A stretch of DNA of 64,000 bases, from contig NW_002060953.1 in assembly GCF_000150275.1 (NCBI RefSeq), forward strand, positions 1,810,310 to 1,874,309, in the 5' to 3' direction. Below the pieces are notes generated by a model. The model was not told the origin of the DNA. It ran no database searches and saw only the letters and a program-made list of their open reading frames with translations. How positions within the stretch are numbered: position 1 is the stretch's first letter; each line of letters opens with the position of its first letter. Source of the DNA: Trichoplax adhaerens (lineage: Eukaryota > Animalia > Placozoa). A program made the translations under genes and the position numbers. Of this stretch, positions 13,134 to 28,502 are shown one piece after another.

Positions 13134-15318
13134 TGTTTTGTGACAGTCGGTAAAGCAAAATTTTATCCTAAACTAGGGCAAAATTTGATATATGGAAATC
13201 ATCGGACAAATTATTATAGAACATGTAACTTGTAACCAAACTCAGCGCTTCCTACGCTTTGTAACTATGCTATATAAATAAGCTGGGTTAATTTCATTAT
13301 TCAAAAAACATATCTTATATAATAATATACTTGTAGGCATCTCAAAACTGGCAATAGAAACACTATTAGGTTTTGCAACGACAACATGTAGAAATTAAAT
13401 GGCGTAATAGCAATGATAGAAGTCTCCAAAATTGAAAATATCTTTTACTGATAGAATACGAAAAAATATCGCAAGACTAACAGAGATTTCAATACCAACT
13501 TTAAAATTTAGAATATATTTTAGGGATTGAAAGGAAACTTTTGTTGTTAGTAAAAGTCAGAAAAATCAACGAACTGGCCTTTGCCGTATGACATATGTTG
13601 GAAGACATTGGTACATTTGGTAATGAATTTCGTAATTAAGAAAGCGAAACTTAGTAAGTTGGATGAAATATTCCATCAATAAAAGAATTTAGTAAAATTA
13701 AAGAACAAGCCAATATTACAAGAGTTGCTATTCATTATCAGAAGACTTTCGCAAGTTTTACCATTTATGAAATATTGAAGATGCCAATTATTTGATGTCA
13801 GCTAGGTGTTTCTAAGCTGTACAAACTTCATTTTCATGTCTGGCAGCAGAAAATTTATAATATTTTTGGAAAAGTTGCCATTATATACATACAATGCTTA
13901 ATGAAAACTGCTACAAGTATTGATTTCATCATTTTATTATTATACGTGAATAATTCACCCTTACTATCGCGAGTAGACCATTCATTGGCTAGTTTAGTTT
14001 TGTATAGGGAAAATGATAACAATATTATCGTTCTCAATTTTGCTATAATTTCGCTATTTGCATTAACGTTATATTACCCTGTGATTACCCTTAAGCACTA
14101 CTGATGCCAATAAGAAACACAAAAAATTAATAAAAAATCATCAAATAGCCTATACGGATTCCTTGGTCGATGATATATGAATTCATAACAATTTTTGAAA
14201 TGAATAGCTAATGGTGACTTTCGAGTAACTAAGAACTTTATGCCTAATCACCACAAGATCTAGTTGTGTCACTTTTGCCCGTATTCTAATAGAATAGTGT
14301 ACATAATTAATAAAATATTTGCGTAAAAATCCATTAAATGGCGATGATACTACTCATGAAATACTCTCTTTACATTCGCTAATGGACCATTAATAGGTAA
14401 AAACTTACTTAAAGCAAATAAATTCTATCATTACATCAGATCGAGCTTAACTATAAAGCTCAAACTACTCAATTATAATGGCTATCAATTAACTTTTTTC
14501 CAAGTCTTTATTATTTAATATCCCTTTAATATCTAATCGTGTTTAGTTTTATTTAAAATAATTGATCGTGTGCTAAGCATTAACCAGACACTAGTAGATT
14601 TATGAATTATGTCACTATCTTTGCATTCTAATGAACAGGATTCACATATAAACAACTGCTGCCCGTTAATAAAACAAATAACAATACTCTTGTTAATCGA
14701 TAAAAATTATTATAAATCACTATTGATATTTATTCTATTCGCTTTTAACTGATTTAATTCACATCATTAGCTCCAAGATTAGTTACAAATTTGATCTACT
14801 ATGACTGAAATTTTCGTTTAATCAATACATTATCCCAACTGAACCACTGAAGATGTCTAAATTGGACTTGATTCCTGATCTGTATTAAATACTGTTCTAC
14901 TGCGTTTTGTCGTTCCTCTCTGTATGCCAGTATTTCTGCTCTATATTTAGATATAACAGTATTAAATTTACTATTATTTTTAATGGATACGATATGTTTC
15001 GTATAAAAAATGAGGTGCAATGTCGTCAGAATTCAATTTGAACTCAAATCTGATCGTCATTTCCTATACGTTAGTATGTACAATCTAGTCACTCACTCAG
15101 ACTGGTCTGGTGTTCAGTAGAAGGGATGGTGAAGGGTGTGATAGCAAAATGGTCAAGTGTACTTTGTACTAATTAAATAAAAATAAAAAATATAGTAAAT
15201 GCATTTCTGATGGCTGCAATTTGGGAGAATTGAATTTGAAGGCAGGCAGCAGGCCTAGGTAATCAATATTTATTTTTTAATTTACATCTACCTCTAATAA
15301 ATTAAATTATAAATATGA

Positions 15319-15835
15319 TATGAATTCATGCAAATTGTACAGTATCGTTGTGATTAGAGGGTCTCTCGTTCTCATCATTTCTTGACGCTGTCCACTGTAT
15401 AGTACAAAAGGGACCACATGAACGGTGGAACCTATTATACTGTACTTGCAAAACTATTCCCTAATCGACTTCTTCCAAGTCTGCATATCAATTCATGCAA
15501 ATTGTACAGTATCGTTGTGATTAGAGGGTCTCTCGTTCTCATCATGCTGTCCACACTACAGTACTGTACAGTACTGTAGTGCAGTACTTCAAAAGAGTCC
15601 ATATGAACTGTACTTGTAAAACTATTCCCTAATCGACTTCTTCCAAGTCTGCATATGAATTCATGCAAATTGTACAGTATGGTTGTGATTAGAGGGTCTC
15701 TCGTTCTCATCATTTCTTCATGCTGTCCACTATCCACTTATCCAGTACTGTAGTGCAGTACTTCAAAAGGGTCCATATGAACGGTGGATCCTATTATACT
15801 GTACTTGCAAAACTATTCCCTAATCGACTTCTTCC
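15319..15835. repeat. Tandem repeat, 3 near-identical units of ~166-183 bp upstream of actin
   Basis: Block atat(g/c)aattcatgcaaattgtacagtat.gttgtgattagagggtctctcgttctcatcat at ~15319, ~15485 and ~15653; block tgtacttg.aaaactattccctaatcgacttcttcc at ~15441, ~15610 and ~15800. Confidence 0.95.
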
Positions 15836-16125
15836 GATCAATACTGACAGACTTGAAGATTCGTCCTCTTCCTTTCTTCATCTTGGCTTACATTATACCT
15901 ATTAGGAGTTTTTAACCGTGTTAATTCCTGCACTAACGCTGAAAATAAAATCCCTTAAGGCCATGGCTACAACTAGTCAATGACTGCTGTGGAACAATGA
16001 ACATTAGATTAGGCTTGTTTTGCCCTTTGTTAAATGCTACAACTTTGAAAGCTTGCTGAGAACAATAGCTGGTCGTCATTGTTCCCCTAGAATCCCTGAA
16101 GCCTCCTGCGGTCATTGCGTCCAAC

Positions 16126-16143
16126 TTGACCATATATGGTCAA
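16126..16143 (+). promoter_or_regulatory. CArG box (SRF site) CCATATATGG inside an 18-bp perfect palindrome
   Basis: TTGACCATATATGGTCAA matches CC(A/T)6GG, ~560 bp upstream of the actin TATA box. Confidence 0.7.
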
Positions 16144-16540
16144 AATGAAGGTCATTACTTCCCAACGCGTCATCCGCGCGATGGATAGCACTCCTCCTTG
16201 TTATTGTTATCGCATGGATGTTATTGTCGGTGATAACAATCCCCCCCAAAATATCCAAGTGGTCGGGAATGCTATGAAAAGAGAGGGATAGTCTACTGTC
16301 GAGAATAGTCTATCCGTCCATCAGCCTAATTATACACATTGGATGCCGCCGAAGAGGGCAGACCATGCATATATAGCAGTGGGTAGTCGCCAAGCGCATA
16401 GGGGGGCTGCGGCAAAAACATGCAAAATGCGGTGATGGAGGAAAAAACAAGCGAAAGGAAATAACGGTCGCTGATGGATAGTAAGCAAGGAGGAAATGGC
16501 CTGAGAAAATAACTTGACTGGAATCTGCGGTACAGTGTCA

Positions 16541-16580
16541 AGTACAGTACAGTACAGTACAGTACGGTACAGTACAGTAC
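16541..16580. repeat. (AGTAC)8 pentanucleotide microsatellite in the actin upstream region
   Basis: agtacagtacagtacagtacagtacggtacagtacagtac. Confidence 0.95.
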
Positions 16581-16608
16581 TATTGCCGGTAAAACCATGG
16601 AAGAACAA

Positions 16609-16706
16609 AGCCAATCGTCATCCACCAATGATAATAATCGCTATTGTCCGGGCGAACAATACCAACATTGATTCAAAACAAGCTCGAGAGGGTGACAGTA
16701 TATAAA
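16609..16706 (+). promoter_or_regulatory. Actin core promoter: CCAAT boxes (16611, 16625) and TATA box (TATATAAA 16699-16706)
   Basis: AGCCAATC and CCAAT lie ~75-90 bp upstream of TATATAAA, which is ~130 bp upstream of the ATG. Confidence 0.65.
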
Positions 16707-16716
16707 CGATGGTTGA

Positions 16717-18124
<1,408 letters not shown>

Positions 18125-18717
18125 AATGGTCGTTCATAGGCTGAATAAATTTCTTTCAATTTCTTATTATTCCAAAGCTCTACTATTTAATCTGCAATGA
18201 CAATTTCCATAATTAATTATAATAAAATTGATTTAAAATCTGCATCAATTTGCGTGCCCTGTTTTTTGTTTCTTTGCTGCCGTGGAGTTATCGCATGAGT
18301 TGCCAGATAGCCCTATCAGTATGAATCATGATTTCATAGCGGATAGATTGCGATCACTAATAAGTTTATTGACATCTGTACTTGTATTTGCATTACCACT
18401 GACAATTGTGATTAACTTAACTTAATGAATGACGTTGTTCTTAATTAAATTAATTTACGGTTACATATTTAAATGCCATCCATTATTTTCAACGCTGGAA
18501 AATAATAACTCTGATTACCATTCTCTAGACCGCAGTGTTGAAATAGTGGTTAAAAAGATCAAGCATGGGCGTAGCAATATTGATAAAAATTTAAAAATCA
18601 AATCACCGTGCTGTGTATTACCTAATAGTTGTTCGAACAAGGCCATGATAAAAGATAATGTAGAACTACACAATCTTTGCCCCCCCCCTCCCTCCATAAC
18701 ATTCTTTTCGTAAATTA

Positions 18718-19115
18718 TTACTTTTTGTGCGAATGTCCCATTTTGAGGAGTACAGTATCTGGCCTATTCGCCGTAATTATTTGATGCTATAAATTAAATG
18801 ATTACTTTTTGTGCGAATGTCGTGTTTTAAGGAGTACAGTATCTGACCTTTTCGCCGTAAATATTTTTTGCCAGAAAGTTGACTTTTCTGCGAATGTCCT
18901 ATTTTGAGGAGTATAGTATCTGGCCTTTTCGGCTTTAAATATTTTATGCTAGAAAGGCGACTTTTTTGCGAATGTCCTACTACGAGGAGTATACTATCTG
19001 GCCTATTCGACGCAAATATTTTATGCTAGAAAGTCGACTTTTCTGCGAATGTCCTATTTTGAGGAGTGTAGTATCTTGTCAATTCGGCGCAAATATTTTA
19101 TACAAGAAAGGCGAC
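18718..19115. repeat. Minisatellite, ~5 units of 77-84 bp
   Basis: Unit core acttttt.tgcgaatgtcc.attttgaggagta.agtatctggcc..ttcg at ~18720, 18804, 18882, 18960, 19037. Confidence 0.93.
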
Positions 19116-19439
19116 GTCCACTCTAAATGACTTTGAAAATCCAGTATACTATCGGAAGGAGTCCATACAGGACTGCATAAATCTGTATTTTAGGAAAAGA
19201 CAGGCCGTGCTGGTCTTATACAATTTGCACGGCTTATGCGGCTTTTCGAATTTTCCTAACATGACAGTAGTAAGCAAATTACAAAAGCTAATTCAAACAA
19301 CTGTCATTTATTATGAAATACTGTATTCACTGTTACTAGCTTATATTTGCAGACAAAAAGGAAATCATGGCGGTGCTCGGTTGATCTTTAACTTAGCGAG
19401 TCATTGCGTTATAATAACGCAAATCCATATGTATCATGG

Positions 19440-20615
19440 TAACTGTTTAATTGTCTTCGGAAAAGACAGCACAATCAGTCGACGATTGCATCTTCTACCA
19501 CATATTTCGACCGACGGATAAGCTACCATATTATCCGTGATCCAAGAGTCGATCAATTTTATCTGCATTAAGCTCAATAGTAATAAACCTGTAGAGTATG
19601 ACAATATGTAAAACAGAAAGTTCCGTCAGATAAGCACAATCAATCTACCATTGAATTCACAACGTATTTCGATAGACGACGTAAGCTACTGTATTATCCA
19701 TAATCCAAAAGTAAATCAATTTTACAATACTCTAGGCTCATCGGTAAACATAGAATTATCTTTCGGAAAAATAATACAATCAATCTACGATTGAATCTTG
19801 TACTCTATTTCCATAGAAGAGATTAAATACTTTATTAGCCATAATCCAAAGTGCTGTAGATCAATTTTATTGGCAATAAGTTATAATAAACTACTTCTAG
19901 AATAGCTTTGTCATAACGAGATGGACGTATTTTTTGTCTTCTTGTACTAGCGTTCTTGCTAACTTCATCTTACCCTTTCATTTCCTTTCAATATGAAGAA
20001 TAATGAATTCATAACCTGCGCTCCGCAGATTTTTCAACGACTCAGTATGTTTCGTATAAAGCAAAGCCATACGTAGAATGGCGAACGTTGAACTGTCTTT
20101 CAGAAAAGTTAGCATGTCAGTCTACAACTGCATCTTCCTGTACTGTAGTTGCTCTTTTGATAGACGAGGTAAGCTACCGTGTTATCCATCATCCAACAGT
20201 AGATCAATTTTATCTGCAATAGGTTCTAATTAGCTTGTAAACATTGAATTGTCTGGCAGAAAAAAAAAGACAATCAGTCTACCATGAAATCTTGTGTTAA
20301 TCCCATAGACAAGGCAAGCAACTGTATGATTACCCATGATCCAAAAGTAGATCAATTTATCTGCCAGAAGTGATACACTAAATTAACTTATTGAATAGTC
20401 TATTGGTAGATATTGAGTTGTCTTTGGGAAAAGACAAGCACTGTCAGTCTGGCCATGATCTAAAAGTCGATCCATTTCATCTATAATGAGTTATAAAGAA
20501 CAAATCCTAGAGCATCATTATCACGAGATACACTTCTATCTTCTTGCCCTAGTTTTCTAGCTCACTTCATCTTCTTACCCTTCAATTTCTTTACGACATG
20601 AAGAATAATCAATTT
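19440..20615. repeat. Degenerate ~155-165 bp tandem repeat in a higher-order (AAA-B)x2 arrangement
   Basis: A units (gtcttt.ggaaaa..caatca.tctac..taagctac...ttatcc.t.atccaa.agt.gatcaatttta) recur about six times; the B block (tcttcttg..ctag..ttct.gct.acttcatctt...atgaagaataat.aatt) occurs at ~19880-20010 and ~20485-20615. Confidence 0.8.
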
Positions 20616-21244
20616 TCAGTGAAGGGAGCCTCCCATATACTGTTTAAAGGGATTCATTTCGAAATAATTAATAATATTATTTTCATCGCTGATGTTACTA
20701 TTGCTACTATATCGTATTAATTCCACAGGAAAATTATAATCGTTTTCCTTTGATTTACATCATCGCAATATCCATTCATTGGTAATGTTGATTCCGTTAT
20801 ACTTCTGGTAAATAAAATCAACTTCAATAATGAATAGGTTGCGGCAGAACTCATTTTTAGGAGGAATGTCATTAATAACTTGCATTCCATCAATTATCCT
20901 TGGCTAAGCACATCAACATGTTTTCTCCTTTATCCACCCAAGCCTAATTGGTCCCTAATTAGTGTAAGACACAGCAAGGAGTCCTAGTCATCTTCATCTT
21001 CATATTATAATAGCCCAAAAGAACAAGCTCTGCTTTGATAAAATATTCCACTATTGTTAATGAGCAGTCACAATGTTTATTATTTACTCAATGAAGTACT
21101 AAGAACATCGGTGCATGATAATTACACGACATGTAGGCATCTAGCGAATACTTTTATCATTGTATATATACCCCAGTATCATATAAGAAGTTCCAATGGT
21201 AAAGTAAGCAAATATTTTATTCCAGGTTTTATTTATTAATAGTA

Positions 21245-22150
21245 TCTTGTTACTTGACATGAAAGTTATATTGACTGATGCTTGCGTGAGAGTCGATCAT
21301 ATAAGGAAATTATATCTTGAAATAGCAAAGTGTCTTATTCTATGCCGATGAAAGGTCTTCATTATTTGAGAAAAATGCTATAGAAACTGATTCTTGTGAG
21401 TAAATCGCATCAGAAAATGACGTATAAAACAGCAGAGCAATTTATTCCATATTTATGATTAAATTAAGTAGCTTGTGACTTGAGCAAAATCTATAATGAC
21501 CAGTGGTGATACGAAAGGAGATGGCAATAGTAAATGATGTTATAAAATAATAAAGTGTTTTATTCCATATCTACTATAAATACTTTCTTACTTGAAAAGA
21601 ATGTTACTCTCATATTGACTGATTTTTGTATACGCGTACGAGCAGATCACATTTAACAAAATTATGCACTAAATTGAGAAAGTGTCTTAATCAATATAGA
21701 TTAAAAGCAATTTGTTCTTTAAAAAGTACTCGGCCGATATTTACGAGTGGATCACATTAGAAGAAACCTTGTAAAGTAGAAAGGCAACTTATTGCGCATT
21801 TATTGAAAACAGTTTATTACTTGAGAAGAATGCTAAATCGCCCAAATGCTGGTACACGGGTAGATCACACTAAAAAATGATGATGTAAACTGAAAAGTAT
21901 TTTATTTCATAGCATTTATTAAAAGTAGTTTATTACTTGAGAAGAAAGTACTATATCGAGCGATATTGACATGCGAGTAGATCACATTGGAAAGTATTTT
22001 ATATCATATTCGTATTCATTAACTGTAGAAATAATTCGCTACTTAAAAAAAAATGCAACACTTATATCGAACGATGCTTGCATATGACTATATCCCATTA
22101 GAAAATCACATTATAAAGTATGAAAGAATCATAACAGATATTTATTATGA
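21245..22150. repeat. Degenerate ~110 bp tandem repeat, ~8 units
   Basis: Recurrent ttacttga(g/a)aagaa..gagtagatcacatt..aaagt.ttttatt motifs at ~21250, 21361, 21476, 21588, 21817, 21933, 22040. Confidence 0.7.
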
Positions 22151-23822
22151 ATATCTGAAACTTTCCATGCGAGTACACAGTATAAAGTTACTGAACCTCT
22201 GACAGGTCTACGACAAATGGTAATACTATCTGTTAAATGAGCAGATTATCGTAAACCGTCAGCAAAACGACGGGAGTTTGCACTAGTATTTCTAATATTA
22301 ATGCAAATTCAGATGCACCCTATCTAACTGGCCTATCATATATGAGTAATGGTAGATTTTATGATTAATCAATTGCAAGGCTAAAATTGTTTCATTTATA
22401 CTGCAATGTCGCAGGCCAGGATTTACATGGAAGGCGGTCGTATCAATCAATTGTCATCATCACCTACAAATGGGCACAAATATGCATAACTAGGTGCAAT
22501 TTTGAGATTCCAGCCTCATTCATTTGCTATAATACTGCCTTATACGTATTGTTGTTGTAAGAAGTTCTCATACTCACGAATCTGAAGACTAATTTGCTTG
22601 GCTGTACCATTCTATCGGATTAACGCTTAATAACATCTTCTATAATTACAATTACAGCAGCAGTACAACTTCTACCATAATATGGCAGATTGAAACACGT
22701 AATTCTAGCATCGACAAATAGTTTCACTCTGAAAGGCATTAGTGATTAATAAATAGCTATATTACCTATAACCATAGAAAATACCGTACAGTAAGTACCG
22801 GTATACGATGCAATGAGATGTAATTAATATTCTTTATTATTATTATTTAACAGTCAAAGACTGCAATATAATTCATGGACATAGGAGTCTAGAATATAAA
22901 CTTTCCACAATCTCAACCACATTTTATGAACTACAGTACTACTAGTTCTTTATGTTTATTCGACTATCCTGAACTGATACGGCAGTTTTTTTTGCTATCC
23001 TCTTTATAACTGATCCAAAATAAGAGTAATCTACCCTATTTAAGGGCTCATGACAAGTTCTTACTAGCTTAGACATGACATCGCAAATTCTATTCATTTA
23101 GCAAAATTACAATCATTTCTAGCATTTCATGACATAACTAATACATAGTTCTTTCTATGATATTAAATATAAAAGTAAAAGCCATTAGCGTTTGTGGTGG
23201 TATTGGAAATCAGCGCTATAACACTGCGGATTTCGACCTAATCAAACTATCAAACAAATTGACGTTATTCACACTCGTGAAATAAAGTTACTATACTTTG
23301 ATATGAGAATTCGACAGAGTACAGACAAATGGTATTAATTAATGAGACAAAACAAGAAATTAACCGGATTAGAGCAATTAAAACCAAAAAAAGACTCGAT
23401 AGTGTTACTGAACTGCACTTAAAATAAATTTTTAATGCAATCAGACTAATCATAACTTTATTATAACCTGCGATCATAGTTGTAGCTATATCAGCAACGC
23501 TATGGAGCATGACAGTTTTGAATAGTTTAGTCACCTTTCTTCATATAATCCTTGACCAAAGTAATCAATCCTTTTGAGAATACCTCTGAAATGTCCTCCA
23601 ATAGATGAAACAGCAAAAATCGGTGTCATTTTGAAGGCATGAAATGTATCTATTTTCGTAATAATATAAAGAGAGTAACAGATGCAGCACTCTATGCCAG
23701 GATATCATTAAAATAAATCTTTCGTTTCATAATTGCGATAATACCGCTATCATACAATCATGTTGTTATAGACTGGCTAATTCTATCTTGTCGCACATAT
23801 GCTTGATTTGAATCACTTGATA

Positions 23823-24869
23823 TTAATTCTGACGATTAATAATGTTAATAACTGTATTTGGTAATTTATTCTTAATTGGTACTATGCGGTGTTGATTTTG
23901 TTGATTTCCAAAGCGTGATAAAAGATTTAAAGTAGCACAAGAATGGATAACCTTTTTTAGAGTGTACTTTGATCCTTTTTGAATTTCTGCATCCAACGCG
24001 AGAAACGAGATTGGATTTATGATAGAGATTGCGATTGTGGTAGTTAGAGATAAGATGACTAATATACCAAAAGTTGCATTAATTTCTCCCAACTGACGTT
24101 GTGAATATCGACTTATAGCCATACTAATTGTCGAAGCGAAACAGGGCCAAGTGATGATCACATCTAGCATCGTAACAGCCGATAAAACTTTAATTAACTT
24201 TCGCCTTTTTCTATCTTTAAATTGCTGGTAGCTTGAGCTAATAGGCTGATTAAATCGCATCATTTTTAAAATAATCTTTCCATATGTCACAATTAATAAT
24301 ATCGACGGTACAACATAAAGGACCACAGCATGGGCAATTAGAAAAACAGTATCGTTGCTAGCATAGTTGGCTACATGAACAAAATCACAAAATATGGGTA
24401 AATCATCGTAAACATCTACAATACAAAGTAACGGTATCGAAATACATATAGCAATGACAACGGAAGCCATACTCAACATTACAGTACGATGGGGCTTGAA
24501 AAAGGCAGGAAACACTCCCAACGGCTTTTTAATAATTATGTAATTGCCAACAGCAATGAGACATAATGTAAAGATCGATACTGCATAGGAAGTCGACATG
24601 ATAAACATGACAATTTTACAGAGATATCGAGAAAATACTACGTTGTGTGTATTTAGTAGGCTAAAAGCATAATTAATCGTTAGCATAAAATTGGTAATAG
24701 CATCAGAGATGACAGTAACAGCAATTAAACGATAAGTTGTCCGACTGAAAAAGTGATTGCTGAAGATAACAAAGCATAAAAATACGTTTAAAATTAGCCC
24801 AGATATCGATATACACATGGCAATCTTTGCGGGTAATAACATATTGCTGACATTAGAAGTAAAATTCAT
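23823..24869 (-). CDS. Intronless class A 7TM receptor, atypical clade (DRY->GNY, NPISF)
   Basis: 348 aa ORF with 7 TM segments, GLILN, ISD, YLCKI, PIFCD, YVVPS, DVIITWPCF. Confidence 0.9.
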   Translation of the reverse strand: MNFTSNVSNMLLPAKIAMCISISGLILNVFLCFVIFSNHFFSRTTYRLIAVTVISDAITNFMLTINYAFSLLNTHNVVFSRYLCKIVMFIMSTSYAVSIFTLCLIAVGNYIIIKKPLGVFPAFFKPHRTVMLSMASVVIAICISIPLLCIVDVYDDLPIFCDFVHVANYASNDTVFLIAHAVVLYVVPSILLIVTYGKIILKMMRFNQPISSSYQQFKDRKRRKLIKVLSAVTMLDVIITWPCFASTISMAISRYSQRQLGEINATFGILVILSLTTTIAISIINPISFLALDAEIQKGSKYTLKKVIHSCATLNLLSRFGNQQNQHRIVPIKNKLPNTVINIINRQN

Positions 24870-27800
24870 GATGGATTCACTTTTAATGATCTTTCTTAAG
24901 AAATGAAGAATGGAATACAGCTTAGTTGAAATTTTAATTAAGAAAAATCAAGCCAAATGATAGCTTTTCGAGGAGATTATAAAATAAGTAACCGGTCTCA
25001 ATTCTACACTTTCAAATTGATTTTATGTCTCTTGAAGGGCTGAATCTTACTCTAGTCCATTGATTATCAAGATGAAGCCAAGATTGTTATCGCTCTAATG
25101 CGTTAATAAGTTCGATCTTAAAACATTTTATTCCAAAATATTTTATTTATATCCAGAATGAAGGATCACTGAAGATGGTACTTATTCCACGGTCTATGCA
25201 ACAGTACGAATATTTAATTTTGCTTATCAATTATTCTTATAAATCCAAATCATAATGGGCAAATTCTAAAGTAACTATAACGGCTTACTTATTTACATTA
25301 TCATTATCAATGAATTATTATGTTGCATTGGTCAAGAACACGAATAGTAGAACTCCTGTTATAAAATTCAAAGAAGGAAATTAATTATCTATAATTTATT
25401 TTCACAAACCCTATAGCTAATAATCACTATTGGAAAACATATCTTCTATAGAGACAGTAGCAATTGCTGTTAGCATGAAAGAATGAATAGATTCACATCA
25501 CGGATTATAACACAATTGGACGAATATTTATTATACCATGAGCCACATACGTTAAAATATCACATATAAGCTTTTCCACTTGATGTAATAATAAAGGTAA
25601 TCACGCTTTAGAAATCATTGATGCGGAATTAATTTTGAACAATTTATATATGGAAAGAATTACAATGGATTTCGTGAAAGTATATGTAGAGTTAGAACAG
25701 TGGAAATGGCCTACCGATAATTAAGTAAGAATGCATTGATATTATGGGCATTATATCAGTGCTATGCTTGGAGTTTAGCTTTCAGAATTGATACAAGATA
25801 CACAAATTCTTTGAAAAAGTTCCAGTAAATACTAGTACAAAATAGTACCGCTCGCATGTCACTGATTGATATCACGTCTTCTAAGAATAGAAATTCTGCA
25901 TTGATTATTATCTTCGCGTCAATTTAAAATATTAGATGAGGACCAATATAAAAGATTATGCCTGCAGTTATTGATACATTGTATTTCTTCCGAGTATTAT
26001 TGGAATAATCAACATAAATGATTATTAATTTGTTATTACACTTTTTTATGATGACTGAAGTAAAAATTACTTCAATTTGCAGTCGGAATTAACACTAACG
26101 CTATTCAAGACGTGAGATAAAATTCTCGGATAGGTGCCAACAAATTTTACCTAGAACACACTTTCTCCTTCAAAACTTAAGTCTGATAGTTTATAGAGCT
26201 AATGAATAATCATGTAAGACTATTTTCCCGATCAACTTTGCTCAATTAATGAATTTGATTTGATTTTACATCAGAATATATTGTAAAGTTTAAAATACTC
26301 TAGCAGTTTCTAGATGACTGCACTGAAAATTAAAAGACAAACTTTAATTAATAAAAATCCTATCGGAACGTAATTAATCCTAGTAAAAAAGTAACTAATT
26401 GAACTGGATTTCATTAGCAAGAGATTTTTTATTAGTTAGAGACCGTAACAGAAGCAAAGCATTTTAAATTAAGCTAATAAGGCCAATTCATTAGTTGGAG
26501 GCTTATAGTTTTTATTTTATCACATGAGCAGGTAAAAAAAGAACAACTTTTCCAAAGTAATCCTTAAATTAAGTACTGAAAAAGTTATGTACCATACTGA
26601 ATTGAACTTAAGACATCTTTATATAGCATTGAGCAATCGAAATTTCTGAATCCGTTATCTCATTCCGTCTTTTGCGTAATTTCCTTCAGAAATAAACCTT
26701 AATGACTACCTATAATATATTTGAGTTATTAGATACTGAAAGTTATTGTTTCGTTCCATTCATTGCATAATTTTTTCGTGAATAAGCTTTGCTGATTGTT
26801 AACGTTAATTGAAATTATGGGTTTTGAAGTCTACATCAATACGAACACTACTTATTGTACATTTCTTTCTCGACACGTATTATTGGCGACAAAGATATCA
26901 TTTATTGATATACTTTCAGATTAAACTTAAAACAGATAGTAATAGAAACTAAATCCAACTAGAATGATATAGATTATAATAAATGTTTTTCTCTGGTTGT
27001 ATTGATTCTATAATTAGCATATCTGAAAGAAACATTTTATTTTTACAATACTCGTATATATGATGGACAAATTGAACTTGCTAAACGAATAAGTTTGGAA
27101 TAATTTATGAATTGTTTTGTTTCTATAAGCTAAATCGATTTAAAAACTAGCAATCAATTCAGCATGAGCACACTAATATTTAAAGTACTAGATTGAGCTT
27201 TATAAGGTAAGCAGTTACTCTACGAATAATATACTTTATTTCATATTTCGTTATTAAGAACTTACTTTACTACTCTTCCTAGTTATTAGATTCAACAATA
27301 TTTCAACTGCTATATTTCTTATACTACTTTAGATACTATCTTATACACTCTTGGCATGATCTAAATTAATTTTTCTGGTATTGTTCTGGGATATCATCGT
27401 AGTTAGACCTTATTTAATGCTATATCGCCAATTTTAATTTAACAGTTATAAAAAATGTTACATTTACGAAATATAGAAAGTAAATAGGCAAAATTTGAAA
27501 CTAGCAAATATCCAGATTTTACAACTTATAGGCCCAAAATTATTTTTTAAAGATCATTGGTAACTAGAACTTGTAAACTGATTAATCTTTCTTAAGATTA
27601 ACTAGTTGCAATCGTACTCTTGACTTTGTAAACAGGTAAAATTATGCAGGCTGTGGTGAACTTCATCTTTCATAATTTCAATTATGTCAGAGCTATAGCT
27701 ATCGTAGGAATATAAGGTTTTTGAGATATTTTATCATCTGTGAGATATACATTGTCTGCATCATTATGCCATCGGAGTCTGGAAATAAAGGTGTAATGAG

Positions 27801-28502
27801 AAGTTAAAATTCACAAGTTTATATTACGCACATGAATACACTATGCATATCGCTTTATCCTCTTGTCAGTGAATATAAAAATCTCCGGCTTCAACATCAA
27901 AAATAGTTAGCATCTCCAAAGCAGCACGCTCATATCATGAAACTGTCGCTAATGGATGTAAATCTAATGGTCAAAAGTATATATCGAGAAAATTATTGAA
28001 TACGTATTGAAATGATCCGAATTCACATCACTCATGATAACTTTTAATATAATAATCTTGATACTATAAAGTATCATATCTAAGTATAACTAGGCATATT
28101 TGTAAAGAAACATAGCCAATAACATTTTCACTCGTCAAGAAAGTCTTGAATGTGTTATGAATATTGCGATGTATCGATAAAAGTCAAAAGCTAAAATATC
28201 ATCATCCAATTTATTCTAATATGACGGAAATTATAGCACTTCTCTAGCAAAACTATTGCTCCAGGAGAACAAATACCCCAATATACAATATTTTAATGTA
28301 TAACATAACATAGGTTTTATATATAAGCGAGATTTATTAATTCATGATCTCTACTTACATGATTTTCAAATATATTTATTTTGCAGTTATAATTAGGAAT
28401 CTTAATATGCATACGAATATCAATCATATATTTCTATCATTGACTGACTTAATAGGATACTGAGGTATTTTATGCCTTCAAAGTGATAGTTATCGCCTTG
28501 CG

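Noticed and set aside
14799-15020. 73-aa minus-strand ORF with a possible acceptor at 14941 (AEILAYREERQNAVEQYLIQ...)
   Set aside because: Protein-like composition, but no ATG start, no partner exon and no recognisable family.
15435-16705. ORFs of 60-100 aa upstream of actin
   Set aside because: They are translations of tandem repeats and the AGTAC microsatellite (VLYCT/STVQY patterns), or lack any recognisable domain.
18718-19115. CRISPR-like appearance of regularly spaced conserved cores
   Set aside because: The intervening sequences are homologous to each other rather than unique spacers, there are no cas genes, and the context is eukaryotic; this is a minisatellite.
20680-21050. Minus-strand fragment IIDGMQVINDIPPKNEF... 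suggestive of a decayed transposon gene
   Set aside because: Multiple stops and only a vague resemblance; no TIRs seen.
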